Of a DNA stretch of 64,000 nt, positions 1 to 13,099 are shown piece by piece. The notes beneath the pieces are model-generated. The model did not search any database, had not been told where the DNA came from, and saw only the letters and a program-made list of their open reading frames with translations. Made by a program: the position numbers and the translations under genes. Each line of letters opens with the position of its first letter. The first letter of the stretch is position 1. Source of the stretch: Octopus sinensis (lineage: Eukaryota); the NCBI RefSeq assembly GCF_006345805.1, contig NC_043001.1:40672001-40736000 (forward strand). Direction: 5' to 3'.

Positions 1-131
1 ATATACATACATACATAATATATATACATACATATACATACATACATAATATATATACATACATATACATACATACATAATATATATACATACATATACA
101 TACATATATATATATATATATATACATATAT

Positions 132-592
132 ATTATATAAAAGGGCTTAGTAAAATAATTACTTGCCCATATACTGAACTCATTAAATAGCAGCTAAAAA
201 ACTTTTTTAAAGCTATTTCTAATACTTAAAGAAAATCTCTCTCATATATAGTGTTTGCTTAATTCAACTCACAAAAGTTTGGGGTAGGACATCGAAATCA
301 AATGCTAAGGTTATTCGAGAACGACGTTTCAAGATTAGTCAAAACAACATTTCTATCATTCTGATAGAAATGTTGTTTTGACTAATCTTGAAACGTACGT
401 TCTCGAATAACCTTAGCATTTGATTTTTCGATGTCCTTACCCCAAACTTTGTGAGTTGAATTAAGCAAACACTATATATGAGAGAGATTTTCTTTAAGTA
501 TTAGAAATAGCTTAAAAAGTTTTTTAGCTGCTATTTCTAATGAGTTCAGTATGCGGCAAAGTAATTTATTTTACTAAGCCCTTTTATATAAT
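132..592. repeat. ~460-bp fold-back palindrome next to an AT/ATAC microsatellite
   Basis: attatataaaagggcttag... at 132 mirrors ...ctaagcccttttatataat at 592; centre atttctatca-ttc-tgatagaaat near 360. Confidence 0.92.
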
Positions 593-944
593 GTAATAAT
601 TTGAATTCGCCTTGAATGGTCCCTTGCATACTGAACACTTGGTGAAATTGATTAATAATTAATTAATTTTGCCTCAATTGTTGAAATTATACATATATAT
701 ATTATATTAATTAGAGATAAAACCACTATTAGGCAATCATACAATGAAAAACTTAAATATATATATATATATATATATAATATATATATATACACATACA
801 CACACATGTGTATCTATCTATCTACTTACCTATCAATATATATATATATTCACTTAGTCATTGTGAGCCCAATAACCTGGTGTAGAGCTAAATATACATA
901 TATATCAGAGCAAAGTATTAGTTGAGTACAGAGCAGTGATATGA

Positions 945-1115
945 AAATGAGACAACAAAGGAATAAATGATTATGTTATGAACTTCATTAGTTTACAACA
1001 GTTTCTGCTATAAGATGCAGTGGACTCATAGTTGATTCCACTGCATCTTATAGGAGAAACAGCTGTAAGCTAATGATATTCATAACATAACCATTTATTC
1101 CTTTGTCATTTCATT
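945..1115. repeat. Hairpin or MITE-like inverted repeat with ~75-bp arms
   Basis: ggaataaatgattatgttatgaa...ctataagatgcagtgga, a 12-nt loop, then tccactgcatcttatag...ttcataacataaccatttattcc. Confidence 0.88.
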
Positions 1116-1329
1116 TTATATATATATATATTTATATACCCATTTACTAGTTTTAGCTTGAGAGCCAGAGCAATGCTGGGGCACTGCCATTTATATATAT
1201 ACTTTGGAGATGCCTGAGAATATGGTTTGATCTGAAACTGGGTGTTGAAACTAAAACAATTAGATCTTGGAAGACATATATTAACCATTCAAAAACTGAA
1301 TTGCTAATAGTGTCTTCCATACAGTAATT

Positions 1330-1421
1330 GTCATATCTATCTATCTACACACACACACATCCATATATATATATATATTGCATGTACACAGACGTGTTTA
1401 TTATGTTTAAGTGTGCACGTA

Positions 1422-1512
<91 letters not shown>

Positions 1513-1797
1513 GGAAATATGCATATACAGGCAATATATATATATATAGGAAATATATGCATATACAGGCATTATATATTATATATTGTCATACACACAT
1601 ACATGCAGATATAGATGCATATGCATTTTTTGTACATAAATTTATGTATATACACATATATGTAAACATATAAATATACATATACTCACACAGTAATGTA
1701 GGTATGTCATTCTTTATTCTATACAACATTTTAGACCTAAATCTACCAAGTGGTAAATTTGGCTGAAATGGAGCTACAACACTATACAATAAGGATT

Positions 1798-1835
<38 letters not shown>

Positions 1836-2554
1836 CAAGCAGACATATGTAAATATACATGTGTGTCTGTGTGTGCATGTGGAATATTTGTATGTTGTAT
1901 TAGCTTTCTTTTATACATACTGAAGCCACCAGTTTTAATATTGTGTAATGTATTTTATTTAATATTCTTCCGATTTCAATACGAATTTCATATAATTGCT
2001 TTGCACCAGCAATGTTTTAAGTCCATTATAGATAAATCTGAAATTTATCTTTTAACAAATTTGTATCTGAAAACAATGATTCCATCAGATACATCATAAT
2101 TGCCATGATCCATTGCTGTCTAACACACAGTTGTTTAATAACATTGCCACTATCACCATTTTATCAAGATTTAAATGATCTTGAAATGCTAATTGACTTA
2201 GGTACTTATACATCATATGCATACATACATATGTAGAAACATGCATACATGTATATATGTGAGTGTGTGTATGTACATGAGTATATATGTAGACATACAC
2301 ACATGAAAATAGACATACATTTATATATGCCTACACAAACACACACATATATTCCCATACACATATGTACACACACACACATAATTCTATCTACATACAT
2401 ACATACATACATCTGAATTGTCTCCCTTCAATATTACAGACTGAAACGAAATGCATAAAAAAACTTTGAAATGTGTGTAAACATTTATTTATCCACATAT
2501 AAATTAAATCACATCCATGGATATCGATAATTTGTATGTTTGATAAGAAGTCCA

Positions 2555-2589
<35 letters not shown>

Positions 2590-2668
2590 GTATATATATA
2601 TATATACACACACACACGCACACACACATATGTATATACACACACATATATACATGCTTATATATGTG

Positions 2669-2720
<52 letters not shown>

Positions 2721-2765
2721 ATACATATATAAATATGTATATACATATATATATACATATATATA

Positions 2766-2796
<31 letters not shown>

Positions 2797-2803
2797 ATAT
2801 ATA

Positions 2804-2868
<65 letters not shown>

Positions 2869-3080
2869 GGTAACTATATATAAATGTATATAATTTATAT
2901 ACACACACACACACACACATAAACACATATTTATGCACATAAACACACACATGTATAAATGTATGCATCTATATATTCATGTGTATATATATATATATAT
3001 ACATACACACATATATACATACGAATTCCTGCATGCATGTATATATGTATGCATTTATGCATGTATTCGTAAACGTAATT
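1330..3080. repeat. Compound (TA)n/(CA)n/(TACA)n microsatellite field downstream of the arrestin stop
   Basis: Long TA and CA runs; source of the spurious IYIYI ORFs. Confidence 0.95.
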
Positions 3081-3661
3081 ATATCTGGCAATTATGCATA
3101 CATGCTTGTAAATAAGTGAACACTCCTGCACGTATTTACAAAGCCACATAGTTTTAACTTTTTTTTATATGTGTTGAATATTTGGGTTCATGTTTACAAG
3201 AAATAATTAAATATGAGATAAACGTTGGCAGACTTTATGAGTTATTTCTTGCAGTTAATGAGAGAAAAATATATATAACAGGACTCAAGATGAATGAGTA
3301 TAAGAGACTCAACTAATGGAACGCAGTTTTTAGATTAATCTTTACAAAAGATCTGAGAATTTTGTCTCCATTTTTTCGGTTTGTGTTTTTTTACATGTTT
3401 CTTGAACTTACAGATCAATGAGAAAATTTAGAACCTTAGAATGAAATTATCTTTTTGAATTGTCAAGATTGAGTTCTGGTCTAGAAAGTATACATGATGA
3501 ACATGTCACAGCCACTGATCAGAATCAGCAATAGAACTGATGTGGCACCACGATGAAGAAGATGAATAGAATAGAAACAAGAGAATATTTTTGTGAAAGT
3601 TTGAAGGACAAGAGGGCAGCAGCAGGAGCAGCAGTAGCAACAGGTCATTGGCTTAGGCAGA

Positions 3662-3761
3662 TTAAGCCTCAGTGTCATCTCCTTCATGACCTTTAAGACG
3701 CAGACGGGCAAAATCTTCAAAGATAAAATCATCATCTCGGTCAGTCATTAAATTTTCTCCA
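3662..3761 (-). CDS. ARRB1: beta-arrestin last coding exon, 100 nt: GENLMTDRDDDFIFEDFARLRLKGHEGDDTEA*
   Basis: Acceptor ctttttccag|T; AP-2-binding DDFIFEDFARLRL; TAA stop. Confidence 0.96.
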
Positions 3762-4016
3762 CTGGAAAAAGAAAAGAAAGAAAAGAAAACAAACAAACAA
3801 ATATGTAGTCTCAAGGATGTTTGTGAAGTGAACATAAAAACATACATATGCAAGTAACATACATAAAAGAAAGTATAATTTTATACGCTATAATTATTTG
3901 CTTGACAAGCAGTTATATCTTTTTAGTTTACAGTTGTTGTTCTTAGTTCCATGTTAGTCCAGATCAAAGCAATTCCAGCAGTGATCATTTTGTCTATATT
4001 CAGATTTAGTGTCTCT

Positions 4017-4249
4017 AAGGTGGCGAGCTAGCAGAAATGTTAGCACGCCGGGTGAAATGCTTTGTGGTATTTCGTTTGCCATTACGTTCTGAGTTCAAAT
4101 TCCGCCAAGGTCGACTTTGCCTTTCATCCTTTTGGGGTCAATAAATAAAGTACCAGTTTCGCACTGGGGTCGATGTAATCGACTTAATTCCTTTGTCTGT
4201 CCTTGTTTGTCCCCTCTATGTTTAGTCCCTTGTGGGTAGTAAAGAAATA
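4017..4249 (+). mobile_element. tRNA-derived SINE, type A, with TSD
   Basis: Head aaggtggcgagctagcagaa; B-box-like gagttcaaattcc; TSD tatattcagatttagt(g/t)tctc at 3995-4015 and 4250-4270. Confidence 0.88.
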
Positions 4250-4597
4250 TATATTCAGATTTAGTTTCTCAAGAACTACATTATATAATGTATTGTTGAT
4301 CAACTTTTCAATTTTAAATGGTAGGTATGATACAAAAGAAATTTGCATGCTAATTTTAACATTAAACAACTATGAACTTTTGAATTTTTATAGTGTTTAT
4401 TAAAGAAGACCAGTACCAATTCAGAGATAGGTGCAGTGATGCAAAAAAAAGAAAAGAAAATTCAAAACTTTTTGTCTTCTTCTGTCTAAAGAATCTAAAT
4501 TCTATATTATTTGTAGACTACAACTTGCATCTAATTTCACTTTTACTTCTGGAAATTCATTGACACAAGAAAGTAGATTGAATAATTTTAGCATATA

Positions 4598-4970
4598 GCC
4601 ACAGGTATGGCAGTATGATTGAGAAGTTGGCTTCCCAGCTATACAGTCTTGAGTTCTGTCTCACTGTGTGGCACCTTGGGCAAGTATCTTCTACTGTAGC
4701 CTGGAGCCAATTAAAGCCAAGCAAGTGTGCATGTGTGTGGTGTTAAATTACTTCTTGTCTTGACATCATGTAGTGAGGTAGTTGTAAATGAATGTCATTG
4801 ACATACAAGCAGTATCATTCATTTCCAGTATTCTGTGAAAACATATCTAGCCATGGGGAAGTATTATCTTGCTTGGAAACAAGTGATTGCTGGCAACAAT
4901 AAAGGTGTCTGTCTTAATAAACTCCATCTGACCCAAGCAATCATGGAAAAATGCATGCTAAAAATGATGT
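4598..4970 (+). mobile_element. SINE with type B head and an RTE-type 3' tail
   Basis: ggcaccttgggcaagtatcttctactgtagcc core; ends catggaaaaatgcatgctaaaaatgatg. Confidence 0.7.
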
Positions 4971-5267
4971 GTGAGTGACCTTTTATTGAAAGTGATTGGT
5001 AATGACATAGAATAGAGAGGGAATATATTAATAGGTGTAAAAACAATTTTAGTTTTCTTTTCACTGTTAGTCTTCTATTAATTTAATCAATTATTAAAGA
5101 GGTTTTAATTTCAATGTTTGACTAATTTTCTCAACAGAAATTATGTAAACTTTAGATAGTGGAACTGAAATATTGTGATATCAGTTGTGATCCATGGCCC
5201 CTCAAGAATGACAGGTGCCTACTAAAAAAAAAGTTGTACAGAAAAGTATTTGTCACTGTAAACTTAC

Positions 5268-5405
5268 TTTGTGTCAAGCTGGATAAGGTTAGTATCAATA
5301 GGAGCATCTGGATTTTCTTGGGCCACACTAGCTGGCCGTGAAGATGGAGGTGTATCTTGTGGTTTTGGATGTGTTAGAGTGAAAGGGAGTTCAACTGATA
5401 AGTCG
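5268..5405 (-). CDS. ARRB1: beta-arrestin exon, 138 nt: [45 protein letters not shown](N)
   Basis: Acceptor tgtatccag|C, donor AA|gtaagt; [11 protein letters not shown] motif and LIQLD clathrin box. Confidence 0.96.
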
Positions 5406-6527
5406 CTGGATACAAAAATCAAAGAAGAAAAGTTATATAGTATAAATCAATAAAAATAATATTCAGTGTAAATGTTTAACAATGCATGCATTTATTCAAT
5501 TCTTTAAAAAAAAAATTATTAACTTAATCTTTTTGAAAAATTTAAAATCTATTTCTCTCTCTTTCTGTATGAAAAACTGAAATATAATTACAATATGTAA
5601 AGCATTTAATTGACTTATTCCTCTCAAATTTCTGACATTGTGCCTATGTTAGAAATTATAATTATTGGCAAGATGAGGAATTTGATGCAATGGTAGTAAG
5701 TAGGACTTTTGTAGCTTGGTAAATCCTTGTGCCTTCTAATTCATATCAGGCTTAAGGTTACCTTTTAACTTTTAGAGAAGGTAAAGCAGGAACATATATT
5801 TGGGATAAATTGAAGATAAGCTGCTCCAAAGTGCTTAGAGTATATCAAGCTACACTATATGCATATAAAATAATATACCATGGAGTAAAAGTGAAGTTGC
5901 ACTGATTCTGTAGATAAAGAATCCATAGGATATTTTTTCTAGGATGTTTAAGCTACACTGAAGTGGTTTAACCACTGAAGTGTTTTAGCCATTGAAGTGG
6001 CTTTCTTCAAATAACTTTAACTCTAATACTGTACCTATGAATAAGACCCAGTACCTACTCTATAAATGTTAATGAAGTTGGGTATATAGAATGCAGAAAC
6101 CAGTTCAAAAGCAAACATATTGTCATTCACTCACTCACACATATACACAACCACACGCCCACATAAGTACACACAATTTTGAAGATTTGCTAAAAAAAAA
6201 GTACACACAATTTTGAAGAAGATTTACTGAAAAAAACTATGATCATAGTTTTTTTCAGTACCTCCCCCACTTTCTGTCAAACGTGTATTGTTATAGTATA
6301 AATTATTATCTGTCAAGTCTTTCTAATTTATATAAATATGTAGATGTAAACAAAATGCAGATAGTAAAAGAGGATTAAGAATATATATTTTTGTCAGTTA
6401 GTGGTGGTCAGAGAGTGTGTCAAATATTTTCAAAGCTACAAGATAGAGCTTAGAAGGTACCTCAATATAGATTGTCCTTCACAAATATTTAGAATAGAAT
6501 AAAAGATATAATATGGTGATTCTTTAC

Positions 6528-6614
6528 CTGGAGGCAAATCCTAGAATTAGTTTTACCTTCACCTTGTATGATACAACAATCCCTAAATTTTCTTTTGGAT
6601 TGCTTTCTACAAGA
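6528..6614 (-). CDS. ARRB1: beta-arrestin exon, 87 nt: LVESNPKENLGIVVSYKVKVKLILGFAS(S)
   Basis: Acceptor ttcttacag|T, donor AG|gtaaag; LGIVVSYKVKVKL motif. Confidence 0.95.
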
Positions 6615-7639
6615 CTGTAAGAAATTGAAACAGAAAACGATTAGAACTGGAAAGGGAATGAATATGAAACAGAAGAAATGAACCTCAAGATATACATATA
6701 TAAGTAAACAAGGAAACAAAAAAAAAAAAAGAAAATGGAGATAAAATTATCAATTTTGTCTCCATTTTCTTTTTTCCTTGAATATAGATAAAATTCAGTT
6801 TATTCTTGACTTTACCTATCATTTATGAGCATTAATACCAATACTCATAATCACATATTGGTAAGACACCAATTAATTCATTGGATGCAATTATCCCTCA
6901 GACGGTTGTTATAACCTCTAACTTAACTCACCTCTATATACGTAAATACAAATATAAGAAATAGATAGTCTCTTAATTGCTTCAATCACTGGACTGCAGC
7001 CATGTTGGGGCACCACTTAAAAGGGTATTTAGTCAATCATATCAAACCCAGAACTTATCTTTCAGTTTGGTAACTTATCTTATTGAATTCTATTTCCTAA
7101 ACCATTAAATTAAGGGATATAAACAAAGACACACACACACATGTGATGTCTAGACAAGGGTACACACACACACACACACATATGTAGTGGCATACAAATT
7201 GTGTATATTAATAAAAGAAGGTAGTCAGAAGTTGGAAAATATTTTTAGTACCTTCATTCCTAACATAATTTTTTTTAAAATTGTGAATTATTGTGTATGG
7301 GGGTTTTGTTTTATATGTGCACATGTGTGTGTGTGTGTGAGTGAGATGTCAGCATTTTGTAAGCCACTACATGTGTGTGTGTGTGTATTTGTATGTCTTC
7401 GTTTATAACCTTTAATTTATTGGTTCAGGAATTAGAATTCAATAAAATGTCAGGAATTCAAATATTCTTTATTTTTTTTTTTTGCTTGAGTCTACGGGGC
7501 TAGTACAAAGAATAAATGGGTCTTAGAAGTGGCCAGTTAAGATATTTGACCACCTGTTTGTTGTTTTGAATCTATATGTATGTATATATATTTCAGTGTG
7601 TGTGTGTGTGTGTGTGTGAACAGATAGGTACAACAATTT

Positions 7640-8610
7640 TCTGGCATCCTTGTTTCCAGACCTGGGCCAGATAATCTATTTTGTTGAATCATAAGAGAAA
7701 TTACAAGAGTAAGGTTGTAGAAGACTGCTGCAATGTTATTAATAACATTTTCACTACAAAACCTTGAAGACACACCTTTCCTTGTCTACTAAAAACATTT
7801 ATAAATTTACTAATTAGCATTGGGGGAGGATGTATGGAAAGTGTAATCACTAGAATAAGAATAGGGTGGAGAAAATTCAGACAACTTTTACCTGAGTTGG
7901 CAACCAAAGGTCTCTCTCTCTCTGAATGAAAAGAAGATTGTATGATGCATGTATACAAACAGAAATGCTACATGATAATGAGATATGGGGCCTGAATGCA
8001 GAGGACATGCGAAGGCTAGAGAAGAATGAAACTAGTATGCTCCACTGGATGTGCAATGTCAATGTACATGTGCAACAGAACCATAGTGTATTGAAAGGAA
8101 AGTTAGACATAAGAGGAATTAGCTGTAGTGTGCAAGAGAGAAGACTGCAGTGGTTTGGTCATGTGATGCATATGAAAAGAGACAGTTGCGTACAGAAGTG
8201 CTGGATGGAACTCATGGAAGAGGGAGACCCAGGAAGATATGGGATGAAGTACTGAAGGCAGATCTCAAGATACTGAGCCTTACGAAAGAGATTACAAAGG
8301 ACTGAGATATCTGGTGACTTGCTGTATTCAAGAAGACTTGTCAATCACAGCAGAATTTATACTGGTGCTTGTGTCATGTAAAAGGCACTGGTGATGGTGC
8401 CATGTGAAAGGTACTGGTGCTGTTGCCATGTAAAAGCACCCAGTACACTTTGTAAAGTGGTTGGTATTAGGAGGAGCATCCAGCTGTAGAAACCATGCCA
8501 GAACACACAATAGAGTCTGATGTGGCCCCTGACCTACTAGCTCTTGTGAAACCATCCAACCCAAGCCAGCATGGAAAATGGATGTTAAATGATGATGATG
8601 ATGTTGATGA
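7640..8610 (+). mobile_element. RTE-clade LINE 3' fragment with (GAT)n tail
   Basis: RIRIGWRKFRQLLP, RRLYDAC and ERRLQWFGHVMHM (ORF 7926..8255); tail ggatgttaaatgatgatgatgat. Confidence 0.85.
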
Positions 8611-9479
8611 TTAATAATGTTGGAAAACATTCTTCCAGCCCTCCAGTAATAATAATATGAAGGTGCAAATATCTCATGTTATGTCCTAATCTCCTATCCA
8701 GCAGCCTCTTGAAACATAACTGTGAAAAGCAAAAGTTTATCATTTTTCCTTTCAAGCTGGATCACTGTATTGTCCACAGTGAACCCAAGTTATCTATTAA
8801 CTTGTTCTTCACAGCAAAAGGTCCTTATGGAGTTAGCATATGGTGTTAGAGTTAGCTTTAAATATTCACACATAGGTGTTGGGAGAGTGTTTGTACCTTC
8901 ATGATAGTGAATAAGTAAATGTGTGTCATGAAGGATTTGAAGCATATTAATAATAGGCAAAGGAAATTTAAATGCTTTCACATAATTATGTCAGGATTAA
9001 AAGAGATACTGGATCATATGTTGCAAAAAATTGCTAGTCTACATCATATGTATGTATGTGTATGCACATGTGTATGTGTGCATGCGTATGCACGTGTGTA
9101 TCCACCCCAGCTCCTTCAGACTACCCAATCATATCATATCACTCTTTTGTCACCTCCCACCCCCCACCAGCGACTATCTCCTTCCGCGTCCCTTTATCTT
9201 CCACAGCTCATAGTTCTTGTTTCATTCACCTTTCAACCCTACCTATTTTGCCAGTCTGCCTCCAAACTACTCATCTCATTCTCCTTTCCATTCAATCTTA
9301 CAGCTTCGTGGGCCACCTGGGCAGCTCATTGCCATTAGCTACATCTTGCAGCTCCTACTTATTAATGTTGCTTTTTCTCTCCCCCTTTCCCTCACTTGAT
9401 GTGAATAGCCATGCAGATCCCTCCACAGGAACCTGCTCTGTCCCCCATCACTTCTCCTGGGCTTTATAATCCTGTGAAC

Positions 9480-9690
9480 TACATGGTGCCCTCAACAGTG
9501 CTGATGACATGAAAAAAGCACCCAATCCATACCGTAAAGTGGTTGGCATTAGAAAGGTCATCCAGCAGTAAAAACCATGCCAAAGCAGACATTGGAGTTC
9601 AATGCAGTCCTCGGATATCTCTGATTTGGTCACACCATCCAATGCATGGCAGCATAGAATATGGATGTTAAATGATGGTGATAATGATGT
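9480..9690 (+). mobile_element. RTE-tail-derived short element
   Basis: aaaaaagcaccc...ggttggcattagaaaggtcatccagc...ggatgttaaatgatggtgat, the same module as 8380-8610. Confidence 0.7.
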
Positions 9691-10234
9691 ATGTTTATAT
9701 ATATATATAGAGAGAGGGACGGAGAATGGCAGCCTGAAGTATAGGTGGGGGGGTGATGACTGCTAGTAAGGGAGTATACAAGTGATGGGTAATTTGTATA
9801 TATGAATACAGATTTTAATTATTTTTCAAAAATGATTTCAAAAAAGGATTTTTCTAACAGAAATAAAAAATTAAACCATAGAACATTAATATTTTCAGGA
9901 AAACTTTTGCAGTTTACTAGAGAACAAGAAAGTGGTTAAGCTTTTGATGAACCAACTCTTCAATGCAATTTTGATTCTTTATTGAAGCTGTTTCATTTCT
10001 CTTATTTGTTAACATCATAACAGACTTCTTGTATTAAATATAGTGTCTTTTTTAAAAGAAATAAATTATTTAAAAGACATTTTTGAATATATCCACATTT
10101 GTAGACATGTAAAACATAATCAAAAAGAGAATGGTCTCCCTTATATAACCTCTTAAAAGAAGAACAGTTTTAACAATCACATTTAAGAATCAATATGAAA
10201 CATAAAAGAATCACTAGAATGAGTAATTACTCAC

Positions 10235-10381
10235 ATGGTAGATGAAGCAAGACATGTGTCTTCGTGTTTGAGTTTTCCATCAAGAGCCAGGCCCCTTTTG
10301 TCTCGATTGTTGTCCAGCAATGGAGTTAAGTGATATACCTTACAGAAACCTGTTTGGCTAGGTTGAATAGGAAAGCCTTCT
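10235..10381 (-). CDS. ARRB1: beta-arrestin exon, 147 nt: [48 protein letters not shown](I)
   Basis: Acceptor aaaatag|A, donor AT|gtgagt; [12 protein letters not shown] gate-loop motif. Absent from the ORF track. Confidence 0.96.
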
Positions 10382-11945
10382 CTATTTTGTGGTCATCAAA
10401 TAAATAAAAAAAATGAGATAAAGAAAGATAAGCAGACTGGAATAATAAATGAGGACACTGACATATTTTCAATGTAATATTCATAATTTCTTTTGTTAGG
10501 AATCATAATTTTTATCTAATAAACAAATAGTGCAATATTGTTTGAGATATGTAAAGAAAAGCAATCTGGAAATAATGAATTAAGAAACATAACCATTATC
10601 ATCATTTAAGCAACCTTAATGATCCATATATCCACAGAATAGTTAAGTTCTCCCACAACAGTTGGGTATTACAAGTGTTCAACTGGACGTTAGTATTTCA
10701 ATTAAATTAGTAGAGATCTTAGTAATGTAGGAGTTCTAAATGAATTACAACAATGATCTGGATTTGTCTCCACTGTCTGAAAATATTAATTTTTCTTGTG
10801 TCATTAATGTTTTTGGGAAAGCATGAATGTTATAACTTCTCCCTTTCCTTCCCTAAAATTCTCAGGAATACACCTATGTGACAAAAATTTTAGAACTTAC
10901 AGAATGATGACATGTTTACAACAAATTAATCAATGTTTTAGTTTTGTGTGTCAGCTATTATCATTGTACTTATCTTCTTAATTTCCTATATATCTAGAGT
11001 GCTATATCTAAAAGGGAAAATATCTCTATTTTATACCAATTGAAAAGATATTTTTCAAAGCAATTTATTTGATTCTATGTTAAAATACCACCAAAGTGCC
11101 TCTATTCTAAGACACAAACTTTGTTATAATCCCCATTACATAAAAGAGCACAAAAAGAATAGTAAAGAAAATTAATTGCTCAGTATAAAAACTTAAGTTT
11201 TTCTTCTCTTAAGTAACTAAATTGGATTAATATGCGAATTTATTTTAAGGAAATCCATTTAGAGAAAGGGAAAAAAAACCCTACTCATTATAGAAATACT
11301 TTAAATTATCAAAAATGTACAGAAAATGATTGCATTTGAAAACTGATAATCAGATGATTATTCTACTGTCTGTGCAAGAGTTAAAAAAAATTACCAGGAA
11401 TTGCTCTAGATAGCAAGGATTGTGAATATAATATAAAAACATCTGTTAGTATTCTTTACAGTAAAATTTCTTTTACTATCATCTAGTGAGGAATCTTTTT
11501 TAAAAACATAACATTAATTTACAGATACTGTTTATTCAACTACTTGGTATTATGCAGTAAAAAAAAAAGAAAAAAAAAAAAAAGGAAAGGAAAACAGAGA
11601 ATTTGTCTCAACAGGTACTAAAACATTGATTTGTTATATTGGGATCCCAAGCATTGCTAACTCTGCTTGGAAATTGTTGAATTCAACCAGCAATAAATCA
11701 ACAGTAATTGGCAACAAGTATCAGGATCAGTTGCTTAAAAAAAAAAAGAAAAGGAAAAAAGAAAAAGTGGAGCCGGTTGCTAATCAATAATCACGGTGGA
11801 GCAATTAATCAGCAGTTACAGTGATGCCAGCTTTTAATGGATAATAATCAACAGTTACAAGTGATAACAAATATTGGTATTATATCATTCAATCAATCTA
11901 AATAAATTACTAAGGTAACAAATAGGATATAAAATATCAACGTAC

Positions 11946-12018
11946 TCGCTTTCCAATTCTGCAACAGTGCACTTATATTGTGCAGTAGAGAAAAGACAAA
12001 TATCAGCAACTTGTCGCA
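11946..12018 (-). CDS. ARRB1: beta-arrestin exon, 73 nt: (V)RQVADICLFSTAQYKCTVAELES(E)
   Basis: Acceptor gtcttgcag|TG, donor GA|gtacgt; ADICLF..AQYKC motif. Confidence 0.96.
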
Positions 12019-12235
12019 CTGCAAGACAAAAAGAAATAGAAAATAAGTATATATGTATACACACACACAGATACATATAAAAACAATCATACACCTATAT
12101 ATATATATATACACACACATATAGATAGATATAGCTCTATATATATATACACAACCATACACCTATATATATATATATATATACACAACCATACATATAT
12201 ATACACAACCATACACCTATATATATATATACACA

Positions 12236-13090
12236 CAGGGTGCAGTGAATAATCTGTCATTTAAATTATGCAAAAATGAAAATAACGCATTTCATTTTAA
12301 CAGATATATTTACCAAAATTACATAAAAATATCTTGAAATACTAAAGAGAAAAAACTTGTTCAATAAAATCGCCATTGGCTTCAACCATGGCCTCCAAAC
12401 AACTTTGGAATTTCCAGCAACTCTTCTGGACAGTCTCCTTGTTTAAGTTGGTGAATGCTGCCATAATCCTTGCCTTCAGTTCATCTTTGGAGTTACAAGG
12501 AGTTTTGTTGGTCTCTTGCTCAACTGTGCCCCACACATAATAATCAAGGAGGTTGAAGTCTGGGAAGTTAGGGGTGATATGGTCTCAGAAATTGTCTGAC
12601 AGCTATGACTGGGTTCTCCTGCTCGAGTAGCATTATGGTGTTTGGAGTAATCACAGAGTCCTGTTGCCAGATATAGGGTCTTCCAGCAGCCACCCTTTGA
12701 CCCAGCGCAGCACTACCTCCTCCAGGCACTTGATGTAGGCCTTCATGTTGAGTCTGAGGCTGGGTGGGAAGATGAATAAGGTCGCCCTCACTAGTGATTA
12801 CTCCAAACACCATAATGTTGACAGGAAGTTTGATTTTTATCACTCTTGGTACATGTCCTCAGATTGACATGCAAACACTCTGAAATGTTAAGTATTGAAG
12901 CTTCTAGTGCAAATGCCAAGCAGTACAGCAAGTCGTTTCCAAATTTCTGGCAGAGTGAATTGTGTCATGATGCTGTTTTTCTCACAGATGGTGCCCAACT
13001 GACTTTACTATACTATGTAGCCAACAAAATAAAAAACAAACAATGTGCATACATAAAATTAAAAATATAAAATGGTGACAATTTACCCTG
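12236..13090 (-). mobile_element. Decayed Tc1/mariner element, maT/DD37D-like
   Basis: Ends cagggtg...taccctg; peptides MVFGVITSEG, PYIWQQD and VWGTVEQETNKTPCNSKDELKARIMAAF. Confidence 0.8.
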
Positions 13091-13099
13091 TGTCTGCAA

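Noticed and set aside
1328-3149. Many ORFs rich in IYIY, VCVC and HTHT (also at 16.4, 32.1, 37.4 and 59.2 kb)
   Set aside because: They are translations of TA, CA and TG microsatellites.
3358-3374. 17-bp identity (aattttgtctccatttt) between the 3' UTR and the 6752 hairpin arm
   Set aside because: A match of this length is not unexpected by chance in 64 kb of such AT-rich DNA.
3650-3664. Stop-codon readthrough extension of arrestin
   Set aside because: A second TAA follows after two codons (TAA TCT GCC TAA).
12008-12010. VRQV instead of the usual VRQY/F
   Set aside because: A conservative hydrophobic change with neighbouring basic residues intact; not assessable without an alignment.
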